Assembly (NCBI GenBank): GCA_965243205.1
Contig: CBDEUK010000002.1
Location: forward strand, 1,824,001 to 1,888,000
DNA from: Gammaproteobacteria bacterium
GTDB lineage: Bacteria; Pseudomonadota; Gammaproteobacteria; Eutrophobiales; Eutrophobiaceae
Direction: 5' to 3'
DNA: 64,000 nt
The translations under genes and the position numbers were made by a program. Numbering within the stretch: the stretch's first letter is position 1; each line of letters begins with the position of its first letter. The notes beneath the pieces are model-generated. The model saw nothing but the letters and a program-made list of their open reading frames with translations, was not told the origin of the DNA and did not search any database. Below, in pieces: positions 1 to 9,426 of the stretch.

Positions 1-345
1 AATAGGCAAACTAATCATCATGAATATTTAACTCATCTCCCTGTTTTTTGGTTAACCATATTGCTGTTTAGTTTGTTAATTTCTCTTGTTTACAAAAATA
101 AAACAATATTCTTTATTAGTATATTCGTTCATATCAATATATTTTTACATTTAATATTAGATACCTTTGTTGGAGGTATTAAATGGTTTTATCCATTTTC
201 TAATATCTCAATAAAATTGTTTGATGTGCCAGCGTTTTATCCATCGTGGATTTTGAATTTTATTTTACATTGGACATTTGTATTTGAATTAATATTGATT
301 GCAGTTTCTATTTGTCTTTGGAAACAGAGTAAATCGTTGATTTAA
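1..345 (+). CDS. Membrane-bound metal-dependent hydrolase (YdjM-like), 5'-truncated by the window edge
   Basis: Frame 1 is open from base 1 (NRQTNHHEYLTHLPVFW...). It carries HHxxxTH and HLILD...GIKWFYPF motifs plus hydrophobic helices. Confidence 0.65.
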   Translation, partial: NRQTNHHEYLTHLPVFWLTILLFSLLISLVYKNKTIFFISIFVHINIFLHLILDTFVGGIKWFYPFSNISIKLFDVPAFYPSWILNFILHWTFVFELILIAVSICLWKQSKSLI

Positions 346-452
346 GAGAATATAACCAATTAATATCTTTGAAATTGAATGTTATCAATTAATCTGTATG
401 TAGCATATGATGTATCTTAATAATTAACCATTTTTATTATCTGGAAACTATT

Positions 453-1835
453 TTGCCCTCAACCGATTTTTCATCCTTAAAATTACACCGAGCGTTGTTG
501 GATAATCTTGCGTCATTGGAATATCACACCATGACCCCAATTCAAACACAAAGCTTGCCGCATATTCTTAATAACAAAGATGTGGTCGCACAAGCAATGA
601 CTGGCTCAGGCAAAACGGCGGCGTTTGGTTTAGGGCTTTTACAAAAACTAAATGCAAAACGTTTTTTTATACAAAGTTTGGTGCTGTGCCCAACTCGTGA
701 ACTGGCAGATCAAGTTGCGGCTGAAATTCGTAAACTCGCAAGAAGCATTCAAAATATTAAAGTACTAACTGTATGTGGAGGTATGCCGATCGGTCCTCAG
801 ATTGGTTCACTAGAACATGGTGTGCATATTGTGGTGGGAACTCCTGGCCGAGTGGAAGATCATTTAAGTAAAGGTACTTTAAAACTTGATAGCTTAAACA
901 CTTTGGTATTGGATGAAGCGGATCGCATGTTAGATATGGGATTTCAAGAATCCATTGATAACATTATTAAGGCCATGCCTAAGCAACGCCAAACTTTATT
1001 GTTTAGTGCAACTTTCCCAGAATCTATTCAAGCGATTGCTCATAATGTGATGATTGAACCTGTTTCGGTTCAAGTAGAAAGTACACATGACCAAGAAAGC
1101 ATTAAGCAGTTGTTTTATCAAGTTGAAGGTAATAATGAGTTATTGAAAGCATTGCGTTTGTTATTAATGCAATACAAACCTGAATCAGCAGTGGTGTTTT
1201 GTAATACCAAACAAGAAACCAATGAGGTCAATAAACAACTCAATGGTTTTGGTTTTAATGCCTTGCCATTGCATGGCGACCTGGAACAAAGAGAACGTGA
1301 ACAAACCTTAGTACGCTTTGTTAACAAAAGTGTTTCTATCTTAGTTGCAACAGATGTTGCTGCACGAGGTTTAGACATTGAGGCAATGGATGCCGTATTT
1401 AACTATCATTTGCCGCGTGAATTAGAAGTGTATACGCATCGTATTGGTCGAACGGGACGAGCTGGTAATAAAGGTAAGTCTTACAGCCTGTATGTTGAAA
1501 AAGAAACTCATAAACTAAAACGTTTAGAAGAATATTTAGAGCAATCGATTAAAGCTTCTGTATTACCTTCGGTCGGTTTATTGGAGAAATCTGCTTACAA
1601 AGCTACGATGGTTACAATACAAATCGACGGTGGGAAAAAACAAAAACTAAGGCCGGGCGATGTACTTGGTGCTTTAACTGGTGATAACGGAGTTGAGGGA
1701 AAGCATGTTGGTAAAATTCAAATTTTCGACATTAGGAGCTATGTTGCCGTCGCAAGTTTATCCTCTGATATTGCGCTAAAGAAACTTACCTGTGGTAAGT
1801 TGAAAGGTAAAAACTTTCGAGCACGGTTGTTATAA
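453..1835 (+). CDS. dbpA: ATP-dependent RNA helicase DbpA
   Basis: Q motif, AMTGSGKT, PTRELA, DEAD, SAT and HRIGRTGR motifs; C-terminal DbpA RNA-binding domain (GGKKQKLRPGDVLGAL); TTG start. Confidence 0.95.
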   Translation: MPSTDFSSLKLHRALLDNLASLEYHTMTPIQTQSLPHILNNKDVVAQAMTGSGKTAAFGLGLLQKLNAKRFFIQSLVLCPTRELADQVAAEIRKLARSIQNIKVLTVCGGMPIGPQIGSLEHGVHIVVGTPGRVEDHLSKGTLKLDSLNTLVLDEADRMLDMGFQESIDNIIKAMPKQRQTLLFSATFPESIQAIAHNVMIEPVSVQVESTHDQESIKQLFYQVEGNNELLKALRLLLMQYKPESAVVFCNTKQETNEVNKQLNGFGFNALPLHGDLEQREREQTLVRFVNKSVSILVATDVAARGLDIEAMDAVFNYHLPRELEVYTHRIGRTGRAGNKGKSYSLYVEKETHKLKRLEEYLEQSIKASVLPSVGLLEKSAYKATMVTIQIDGGKKQKLRPGDVLGALTGDNGVEGKHVGKIQIFDIRSYVAVASLSSDIALKKLTCGKLKGKNFRARLL

Positions 1836-2007
1836 TATTTTAGATGCGAATTTACAGAAAACGATGATGTAATTAAATTGCTATAAACAATATTCTTCTG
1901 GATAAGAATTATTGTATAGGATCTAAAAAATGATCTGGTTAAGTAGATATTTTATATGACGTTTAGACTAAAGTTTGAATTACTTTGCGAGAGATTAAAT
2001 AAAACTT

Positions 2008-2481
2008 ATGAAAAAACTTAGTATCTTCGTAGACGTACAAAATATTTATTACACAACGAAAAGCGCTTTTGGTAAAAACTTTGATTACAATAAATTCTGG
2101 GCGAAGGCGACTGAAGGCAGAGATGTGATCAATGCTTTTGCTTATGCGATCGACCGTGGAGATGAAAAGCAACATCAGTTTCAAAATATTCTTCGGGCGA
2201 TTGGTTTTGAAGTAAAGTTAAAACCTTATATACAACGTTCAGATGGAACGTCTAAAGGCGATTGGGATGTTGGGATCACAATCGATATGATGGAATGTGC
2301 TGAGCAGTCTGATGTTATTATCTTAGCATCGGGCGATGGTGATTTTGGAATCTTGGTCAGTAAAATTCAAAATAAATATTATATACCTGTTGAGGTCTAC
2401 AGTGTAGAAAAACTTACTGCAGCTAACTTAATTAATTCTGCAGAAGTGTATCATGCTATCGATGATTCGCTTTTATTGTAA
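2008..2481 (+). CDS. NYN domain (LabA/DUF88) PIN-like nuclease
   Basis: FVDVQNIYY, KGDWDVGITID and SGDGDF acidic motifs. Confidence 0.9.
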   Translation: MKKLSIFVDVQNIYYTTKSAFGKNFDYNKFWAKATEGRDVINAFAYAIDRGDEKQHQFQNILRAIGFEVKLKPYIQRSDGTSKGDWDVGITIDMMECAEQSDVIILASGDGDFGILVSKIQNKYYIPVEVYSVEKLTAANLINSAEVYHAIDDSLLL

Positions 2482-2523
2482 ATAGAATAAAGCGCATTCT
2501 ATTTTCTTATGCCTGGAAATAGA

Positions 2524-2546
2524 AATGCCGCTGAGGATGCGGCATT
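2524..2546. terminator. Hairpin between the convergent NYN and EF-hand genes
   Basis: AATGCCGC-tgaggat-GCGGCATT inverted repeat. Confidence 0.55.
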
Positions 2547-2573
2547 GAATGTATGAGGTATAATTTATGATTG

Positions 2574-2981
2574 CTAATCGTTTTCTACAGCAAACGCATA
2601 TTCTTTATAATCTAGGTTTTGATCTTTATTAAGATCCGATTGATGAAAGGTTTCATAGATATATGCTTCGATGAATTCACTTAAATCAATTTGGCCACTA
2701 TTGTTAACATCAGCTTGATAATATTCATCATAAGTTACTTCAAAAACTTGAGCTTCGTTAATGTCGAGTTTTTTATCGTCGTTGCGATCAGCATCGTAAA
2801 ACTCTTTTTCCATCGCTTCCATTTCATGTTGCATCATAATCACGTAAAACTCATCGTATGAAATATTTTGATTTCTATCTAAGTCGATATAATTAAATTC
2901 GCGTTGAATCTCGTTACTACTAGCAGCTGTTGAAATACTTAATAGTGCTGTGAGTAAAATAGTATTTTTAAATTTAGTCAT
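2574..2981 (-). CDS. Secreted calmodulin-like protein with four EF-hands
   Basis: N-terminal signal peptide. Four 12-residue loops: DLDRNQNISYDE, DRNDDKKLDINE, DVNNSGQIDLSE, DLNKDQNLDYKE. RBS GGAG upstream. Confidence 0.85.
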   Translation of the reverse strand: MTKFKNTILLTALLSISTAASSNEIQREFNYIDLDRNQNISYDEFYVIMMQHEMEAMEKEFYDADRNDDKKLDINEAQVFEVTYDEYYQADVNNSGQIDLSEFIEAYIYETFHQSDLNKDQNLDYKEYAFAVEND

Positions 2982-3035
2982 AGAGGTTCTCCTTTGTTTG
3001 ACGTTATAACAATAAGAAGAAACCGTTATTGGATC

Positions 3036-3070
3036 TGTAAGCTAACTGTTTAAATATGTATCAATTTGTT
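3036..3070 (-). promoter_or_regulatory. RstA-type response-regulator binding array upstream of the EF-hand gene
   Basis: TGTA/TGTT half-sites at 3036, 3047, 3057 and 3067 (10-11 bp period). The 14-mer ATGTATCAATTTGT is identical to the one at 5503. Confidence 0.6.
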
Positions 3071-3100
3071 AGGATGAAGAAGAATGAAATAAAAGTACAT

Positions 3101-4690
3101 TTATTGTGTGGTTATAGGTAATTTAATTGTAAATCGAGCACCTCCCAGTGGAGAATCTCCGATAATAATATCACCTGCCATACTTTTAATGCATTGATTA
3201 GCTATAGCTAATCCTAAACCATAACCACCCGTTTTTTTATCCCTACTTTTCTCCAAGCGAGAAAAAACAATAAATATTTCTTCACGTTTATCAATTGGAA
3301 TACCAGGGCCGTCATCATCAATATGAATTTGAGTTTCAGATTTAGAAAGTTCTGCTGAGACCATGATTTGATTGTTAGCATATAAACTTGCATTGCGTAA
3401 TATATTTTCAATGGCGCGTTGTAAGGAACGAGAACGAATACGAATTTGAAAACTAGGCATTAGATTATCTAATTTGCTAACGAGAGCTTTATTATCAGTA
3501 AAACGTTGTGATGTTTGAATGATATCTTCTAGCCAGATTTTTAAAAAACAATCTTCCCATGTTTCAGTTGGTGAATTGGCTTCAAATCGTGCATAAGTAA
3601 GGATTTCATCAACTAAATTTTCAAGCTCATCAACATCGTCATTTAAACCTGTTATATAACGCTCACGGTTCTTTTCATCATCGCTTCTTGTTAACATTTC
3701 CATTCCAAAACGCATTCTCGCGATCGGCGTACGTAACTCGTGCGAAACCGCATTGGTTAAATCACGATGGCCATTAACCAGTTTTTGTATTTGAGCAGCC
3801 ATCGCATTAAATTGAAACGCTAAATCACCTAATAAAGCGTTTTGTTTAATATTAGCTCTAGCATCCATATCTCCAGATCCAAGATGTTGAGATGTTCTTT
3901 TGAGTACGCTGATGGATTTCCAGAGCGGCCGTATCCAGATTAATATACTTAGAGAGAGCAGTAAGGTCACAACAACAATAAAACTAATGAGCAAATTTCT
4001 TTGATTAATAATGGGCGGAATTGGTCCAGCAACAATAATAGTATTTGAGTTCGCTATTTGCCCATAATAAAACTCAACATCTTTTTCAGTTATTGTTCTA
4101 ACTATTTTCCCATTGGAAAGTTGTTGTCGTTGTTCTTCATCAAGTTCTGTTTGTTGTATTGATGATAATTCAAGATGAACTGGTAATAATTCATTTAGCC
4201 TATTAATTTCATTAGGCCAATGTTCTGGAGAAATAGGCTTTAATCGATCAATAATAAGATTAAATGTTTGTATACCCTCACGATGCACCACGTCTTTGAG
4301 TTGAGAGTCAAATGTTAAGCCAATAGCCAATCGGCTTTTTGCAATCCAGCGAAAAGCATAATCCGCTTCATCAATAAGTACGGCTTGCATTTCGCCTTGC
4401 TTGATTTTTTTCCAGCTTTTTTCATCGAGTAGAGTATCCCCATCCTCAAGAATAATCATGGGATATCCTTGTTGTTCTTGGTTGTGTTGTTCTAGAAACG
4501 TTAGATGCTTACTGGATGGTAACTGATCAAGTTTTTCCTTAAGTAAAATAAAAGGACTTTGAGTTGTTATCTCAAGATATTGATAGATTCTTCCCTTAAG
4601 TAAATAATCAATAGTCGGTTCTATGCCAAATATCAATGCTAGTGTGAAGGTCAGCATTAATAAAAAAAGTGGGAGAAATAAACGAGTCAT
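3101..4690 (-). CDS. Sensor histidine kinase, RstB/BfmS-like
   Basis: Two TM helices around a duplicated periplasmic domain, HAMP, H-box SHELRTP, N-box, DDGPGI and GGYGLGL. Confidence 0.9.
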   Translation of the reverse strand: MTRLFLPLFLLMLTFTLALIFGIEPTIDYLLKGRIYQYLEITTQSPFILLKEKLDQLPSSKHLTFLEQHNQEQQGYPMIILEDGDTLLDEKSWKKIKQGEMQAVLIDEADYAFRWIAKSRLAIGLTFDSQLKDVVHREGIQTFNLIIDRLKPISPEHWPNEINRLNELLPVHLELSSIQQTELDEEQRQQLSNGKIVRTITEKDVEFYYGQIANSNTIIVAGPIPPIINQRNLLISFIVVVTLLLSLSILIWIRPLWKSISVLKRTSQHLGSGDMDARANIKQNALLGDLAFQFNAMAAQIQKLVNGHRDLTNAVSHELRTPIARMRFGMEMLTRSDDEKNRERYITGLNDDVDELENLVDEILTYARFEANSPTETWEDCFLKIWLEDIIQTSQRFTDNKALVSKLDNLMPSFQIRIRSRSLQRAIENILRNASLYANNQIMVSAELSKSETQIHIDDDGPGIPIDKREEIFIVFSRLEKSRDKKTGGYGLGLAIANQCIKSMAGDIIIGDSPLGGARFTIKLPITTQ

Positions 4691-4693
4691 GGT

Positions 4694-5467
4694 TTAAGAC
4701 AGCCAAGCTTCACTGACAAATAGATAGCCTTTGCCCCAAACTGTTTTAAGTTTTCTTGCGGAGTCTTTTTCATCACCAAAGCGTGCGCGTAGTCTTGAAA
4801 CTTGAATATCTACCCAACGATCAAGTCCATCAAACTCAATGCCACGAATTTCTTGGCTGATGATATTTCGGCTAAGTATCGCTCCAGGGTTACTCGCAAA
4901 CAAAACCAATAGATCAAATTCGTTAGTTGTTAAGTCGATCATTTGTTGATGCCATTTCACTTCACGTGATTCTAAAGCGATTTCAAGTTCACCAATAACA
5001 ATACGTTTATTTATTAGATTTGATTCTAGTTTTTCTTCATTGGCTAAAGTACGTCTTAATAGGGCATGTATACGTGCTAAAAGAAGGCGTGGCGCAGCGG
5101 GCTTGGTTATATAATCATCGGCACCTATTTCCAAACCAAGTATCTGATCTACATCTTCATCCCTAGCCGTTAACATTAAAATGGGTGCTTTATAAAAAGG
5201 GCGGATGGTTCGGCAAACTTCCAAACCATCCATACCAGGTAAGTTTAAATCAAGAATCACCAAATCGGGTGGATTAGATTTAATTTGAGCAACAGCATCA
5301 ACGCCGTTTGATTGATGTTCTATATTGAAGTTATGACTGATTAAGTACTCAGTTGTTAATTGAGCTAATTTCTTATCATCTTCAATAATTAGGATTGAGG
5401 CTGTTTTTAAATTGTCATTCATGTGGTTAAGTAGTTCGCTATCTGTGATAACGCTAAGTGTTTCCAT
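4694..5467 (-). CDS. OmpR-family response regulator, RstA/BfmR-like (alternative start 5422)
   Basis: Receiver motifs IEDD, LDLNLPG, GADDYITKP; winged-helix DRWVDIQVSRLR...KTVWGKGY. Confidence 0.9.
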   Translation of the reverse strand: METLSVITDSELLNHMNDNLKTASILIIEDDKKLAQLTTEYLISHNFNIEHQSNGVDAVAQIKSNPPDLVILDLNLPGMDGLEVCRTIRPFYKAPILMLTARDEDVDQILGLEIGADDYITKPAAPRLLLARIHALLRRTLANEEKLESNLINKRIVIGELEIALESREVKWHQQMIDLTTNEFDLLVLFASNPGAILSRNIISQEIRGIEFDGLDRWVDIQVSRLRARFGDEKDSARKLKTVWGKGYLFVSEAWLS

Positions 5468-5491
5468 AATTCTCTTATTATAAGAAATTTA

Positions 5492-5517
5492 TGTAAAAGC
5501 AAATGTATCAATTTGTA
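5492..5517 (-). promoter_or_regulatory. RstA box (TACA-N6-TACA), probable autoregulatory site
   Basis: Minus strand reads TACAAATTGATACA at 5504-5517, with an extra half-site at 5492 and TATAAT at 5477-5482. Confidence 0.6.
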
Positions 5518-5614
5518 AATTTTTATCATTAATTGTAATTACTATGAGAGTTTATAGTTGAACTTTTTTCACTGAGTAGTCTCACTTAAAACAATAGCAT
5601 TTAGAGATACGTTT

Positions 5615-6280
5615 ATGTTTCAACGAATAATAACTTTAATAGGTTTGGTTTTGTGTATCACCGTGCATGCAGAAGTTAATCTTACCTCATTGAATCAAAA
5701 TGGGTTTTCGAGCTGGGAACCAAAATCGTTTGCGAATGAAACAGCTTATGAAGTTACATCTCATAAAGAGCGAATGTGTATAAAAGCTTTCAGTGATAAG
5801 GCTGCCTCAGGATATGTTTTAAAACAAGAAATTGATTTATTAGAAACTCCCTACATCAATTGGTCATGGTTAGTTGAGAAAGCTTTGCCTAAATTAGATG
5901 AAAAAGCCAAAGCAGGTGATGATTATTCTGCACGAGTGTATGTTGTGGTTGATGGCGGTTTATTTGTTTGGAAAACCAAGGCATTGAATTATGTTTGGTC
6001 GGGTTCTCAAGCACAAGGCCAAGTTTGGGATAATGCCTTTGCTGGGTCTAATGCCAAGATGATCGCTGTGCGCGGAGAAGATGCTAAGACAGGACAATGG
6101 TATGAAGAGAAAAGAAATGTGTATGAAGATTTGATTCAATTTTTTGGTGATAAAGGCGATGAAGAGGTGAATCAGAAAAGCTATCGATATATTGATATTA
6201 TTGCAATTATGACCGATACAGATAACAGTCAAGGTCAGGCAGAAGCCTATTATGGTGATATAATTTTTAGTGCTGAATAG
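5615..6280 (+). CDS. DUF3047 domain exported protein
   Basis: Signal peptide; TPYINWSW, GDDYSARVYV, LNYVW and IAIMTDTDNS motifs. Confidence 0.85.
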   Translation: MFQRIITLIGLVLCITVHAEVNLTSLNQNGFSSWEPKSFANETAYEVTSHKERMCIKAFSDKAASGYVLKQEIDLLETPYINWSWLVEKALPKLDEKAKAGDDYSARVYVVVDGGLFVWKTKALNYVWSGSQAQGQVWDNAFAGSNAKMIAVRGEDAKTGQWYEEKRNVYEDLIQFFGDKGDEEVNQKSYRYIDIIAIMTDTDNSQGQAEAYYGDIIFSAE

Positions 6281-6318
6281 TGTTGCGTTAAATAATTTAT
6301 ATTAAATAGGAGATAGCG

Positions 6319-6552
6319 ATGAGTGAACCAAAACGTGCATCTGATACACCTTATGCTGTTGATGTAGAAGCAGGTAAATCGTACTACTGGTGTTCTTGTG
6401 GGCAAAGTGAGAATCAACCGTTTTGTGATGGTGCACATAGTGGATCTGAATTTGCGCCAATACAATTTGATGCAACAGAATCGACAACAGTCTATTTTTG
6501 TGGTTGCAAGGTTACAAAAAATCAACCTCTGTGTGATGGCAGTCATTCTTAA
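6319..6552 (+). CDS. CDGSH iron-sulfur domain protein (two CDGSH motifs)
   Basis: WCSCGQSENQPFCDGAH and FCGCKVTKNQPLCDGSH; RBS AGGAG. Confidence 0.92.
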   Translation: MSEPKRASDTPYAVDVEAGKSYYWCSCGQSENQPFCDGAHSGSEFAPIQFDATESTTVYFCGCKVTKNQPLCDGSHS

Positions 6553-6560
6553 AATTGATT

Positions 6561-6596
6561 AAAGGGATCAAAAAGATTTATTTTTGATCCCTTTTT
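6561..6596. terminator. Bidirectional intrinsic terminator
   Basis: AAAGGGATCAAAAA...TTTTTGATCCCTTTTT between convergent genes. Confidence 0.7.
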
Positions 6597-6612
6597 AATG
6601 AAATGATGTATT

Positions 6613-7440
6613 TTAAAATCGCCAGCGGACTAGCATGTTTGCTTCAACGGTGAAATCGGTTCCATGAATATCTATAAGTGGGCTATCCGAGGCTTCACTG
6701 AAATAATATTCACCTTCGACGTTTCCCAGTAAGCTTAGCCGCTCACTAAAAAAATATTCTGAACCAAATCCCAGAGTCATTGATTTAAAACCACTATCAG
6801 GTGTGTAAACCGCATAACGAGTACGAGCGGATTCATTACTTGTTACACCAAACTCAGTACGCATGTATTCACTGTCTCCTCCACTGATATTGATGGAAGT
6901 ACTGGTTCGCCACTTTTTATTATTGGATAAATAGTCATAACTACCACCTAAAAACCAAACTAATCCTTTATTGGCGTCGCCCGTGATATCTGGTTGTAAT
7001 ATGCCAAAGATGGTTGCATTGCCAAAACGATGGGCAAGCATGAATTGTCCTTCGATCGTAGAATCGATAGTGTCCATTCCTGTTAATGTGCTGTCATCTT
7101 CATCATCCCTTTCGTCTTCATATTCAAGGAAAGCCGAAAACTGTGTTCTTGGGGTTAATGAGAATATTGCTCCTGCTTCACCAAAGTTAATAAAAAACCG
7201 ATGCCCTGAATCGGTACGATACATTGCCCTTGCAAGTAAATCGGCTTCGACGATCGATTTATCCGAACCTGCGTATGTGGGTTCATACCCTATGCCTGCG
7301 CCCACATCAAAATGCCAACCCGATTCAAAATCTTGCCCATAAAAAGGACTGAATGGGTTAATCGTAAGTGGATCATCTGCGCGTGAATGATTCGCAAATA
7401 GTGCTAAACAGATGAATAGTGGAATAACAGATTTCAACAT
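6613..7440 (-). CDS. MipA/OmpV-family outer-membrane protein
   Basis: Signal peptide; YEPTYAGSD, EYMRTEFGV, YTPDSG and DSPL motifs; C-terminal aromatic residue (RWRF). Confidence 0.85.
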   Translation of the reverse strand: MLKSVIPLFICLALFANHSRADDPLTINPFSPFYGQDFESGWHFDVGAGIGYEPTYAGSDKSIVEADLLARAMYRTDSGHRFFINFGEAGAIFSLTPRTQFSAFLEYEDERDDEDDSTLTGMDTIDSTIEGQFMLAHRFGNATIFGILQPDITGDANKGLVWFLGGSYDYLSNNKKWRTSTSINISGGDSEYMRTEFGVTSNESARTRYAVYTPDSGFKSMTLGFGSEYFFSERLSLLGNVEGEYYFSEASDSPLIDIHGTDFTVEANMLVRWRF

Positions 7441-7512
7441 GGTTTTCTCCCAGCGGTGTTTGTATAACGTAATAATGACTGGGCATACCTTAGTGATTTT
7501 ACGATGATGAAC

Positions 7513-7576
7513 ATCGGATATATGTTCTACATAAACGTCAATATCGTCTTTTAACCACTATCAGACATATGTACTA
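7513..7576. promoter_or_regulatory. Pair of imperfect palindromic operator boxes
   Basis: ATCGGATATATGTTCTA (7513-7529) and ATCAGACATATGTACTA (7560-7576); both approximate TAGGACATATGTCCTA. Confidence 0.5.
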
Positions 7577-7632
7577 TGATTCTAAAAAGACCTTTGTATA
7601 GGATATGTGAAGCAAATTGGTTTAATAAATAG

Positions 7633-8157
7633 GTGAATGTTTTGGAAAGAGTGAATGATATAGAAAGACAAATTGTGACAATTGCACTGCTTGCGGTATT
7701 TCTTGGCGGGCTAATTGATTATTACGATGATATTACACAAGGCGCAACAATTATCGAACTAATATTAGATACGATACTAAATGTATTTATATTAGGAGTA
7801 TTATTTTATATTTGGAAAAAGCGACCATATTTTACTCAGAAACGGAATCGTCATCTTGAACAAGTTTTAAAACGATCCAATCAAGATGTGAAACGTTGGC
7901 AGGAAAAGGCGTCTGAACTATTGCGCGGCCTCGGCGCAAAAATAGATGAGCAGTTAAATGAATGGTATCTAACCCAGGCTGAGAAAGAAGTCGCTTTATT
8001 ATTGATAAAAGGGTTAAGCATACGTGAACTTGCTGAGTTTCGTGGCACGAGTGAAAAAACGGTACGTCAGCAGGCGAGTCAGGTGTATGCAAAAGCAAAC
8101 CTAGAAAATCGTGCAGAACTCGCTGCGTTTTTTCTTGAAGATTTATTATTGCCTTAA
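7633..8157 (+). CDS. Membrane-anchored LuxR-family HTH transcriptional regulator
   Basis: Two N-terminal TM helices, a coiled coil, then LTQAEKEVALLLIKGLSIRELAEFRGTSEKTVRQQ; no receiver domain. Confidence 0.85.
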   Translation: MNVLERVNDIERQIVTIALLAVFLGGLIDYYDDITQGATIIELILDTILNVFILGVLFYIWKKRPYFTQKRNRHLEQVLKRSNQDVKRWQEKASELLRGLGAKIDEQLNEWYLTQAEKEVALLLIKGLSIRELAEFRGTSEKTVRQQASQVYAKANLENRAELAAFFLEDLLLP

Positions 8158-8238
8158 TAATAATTTTTTACTCTATAAGGTGTAGAATCAATACCATTAA
8201 ATATTGTTATTAAGAAATACATTGAAGGACTATGGCTT

Positions 8239-8925
8239 ATGAGCAAAACCTTTCCTAACGAAACTGAAGATTATCGACAGCAACGTAATAAATTATTACA
8301 AGCTGAAAAAGACCTACGCATTCAGTTAGAAACAGTTGCTTCGTTAAGGCGTCAATTACCGATCGGAGGTAAATTAAAAGAAGACTACTTGTTTGATGAA
8401 GGGCCTGAAGATATCAATACAGAAGGTATGATCAAGCAAACACATTTTTCTGAATTGTTTGAAGCAGATAAACCTAACTTGTTGGTTTATAGTTTTATGT
8501 TTAATCCTGAACATGAAAAACCATGTCCAGCATGTACTTGTTTCATGGATAGTTTAAATGGATTAGCTCCGCACCTACGCAGTCATGTCAACGTAGTGAT
8601 CATTGCTAAAGCGCCCATAGAGCGTTTTCGAAAATGGGCTAAAGACAGAGGGTGGCATAATCATCGACTTGTATCTTCTTTTAATAATACATATAACCGA
8701 GACTATGGGGGTGAAGATGATGAAGGCAGCCAAACACCTTGTTTGAATGTGTTCCAAAAAAACGAAGAAGGTATTCATCATTTTTATAATACGGAGTTGT
8801 TATACGCTGAACCTGAGGAAGGGCAGCACCCTCGTCACGTGGATTTATTATGGCCAGTATGGAATTTTCTCGATCTGACGCCTGAAGGCCGTACAGGTTG
8901 GTTTCCTAAGTTTGAGTATGATTGA
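8239..8925 (+). CDS. DUF899 thioredoxin-like protein
   Basis: R..LL.AEK.L...RRQLP N-terminus, CPACT, DLLWPVWNFLDLTPEGR. Confidence 0.88.
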   Translation: MSKTFPNETEDYRQQRNKLLQAEKDLRIQLETVASLRRQLPIGGKLKEDYLFDEGPEDINTEGMIKQTHFSELFEADKPNLLVYSFMFNPEHEKPCPACTCFMDSLNGLAPHLRSHVNVVIIAKAPIERFRKWAKDRGWHNHRLVSSFNNTYNRDYGGEDDEGSQTPCLNVFQKNEEGIHHFYNTELLYAEPEEGQHPRHVDLLWPVWNFLDLTPEGRTGWFPKFEYD

Positions 8926-8946
8926 TACTGAAAGAGTTAGGATCTG

Positions 8947-9297
8947 TTATTTGGTTTTTAGCTCTTTCAGATGTTGAGAACCCCATACCTGTAAAGCCTT
9001 AACGACAGGCGCCAGCGTTTTACCGTACTCCGTCATTGAATATTCCACTTTGGGCGGCACTTCCGGATAAACTTTTCTTGAAATCAGATTGTCAGCTTCC
9101 AGCTCACGCAGTTGTTTTGTCAGCATTCTTTGAGTGATTTCAGGCATTAAACGTCTTAGCTCATTGAATCGAATCGTCTCAATAAGTAAATGATAAAGGA
9201 TCACCCCTTTCCATTTACCACCAATCACTTCTAAAGCGGCTTCTACAGGACAACCTTCGTTACAGTCATAACGTGAATGTGCGTTTTGTCTTTCCAT
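8947..9297 (-). CDS. HxlR-family transcriptional regulator
   Basis: CPVEAALEVIGGKWK...RFNEL...MLTKQLRELE...VPPKVEYS. Confidence 0.93.
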   Translation of the reverse strand: MERQNAHSRYDCNEGCPVEAALEVIGGKWKGVILYHLLIETIRFNELRRLMPEITQRMLTKQLRELEADNLISRKVYPEVPPKVEYSMTEYGKTLAPVVKALQVWGSQHLKELKTK

Positions 9298-9340
9298 TAG
9301 TATACTTTTTGTGCCTATATATCATTTATGTGCGTACTTA
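9298..9340. promoter_or_regulatory. Possible HxlR-family operator repeats in the divergent promoter
   Basis: TATACTTTTTGTGCCTAT and TATCATTTATGTGCGTAC in tandem, directly upstream of the regulator start. Confidence 0.35.
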
Positions 9341-9426
9341 TGTTTATTGATTATATCTTATATTCTGACTGCATATCCATAAAAGCCAAGAGTTAAAGAA
9401 ACTCTCAGATTCGAAAGGAGAAAACA

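Noticed and set aside
2008-2481. Toxin-antitoxin or anti-phage nuclease system
   Set aside because: Solitary NYN gene with no antitoxin or defence partner adjacent.
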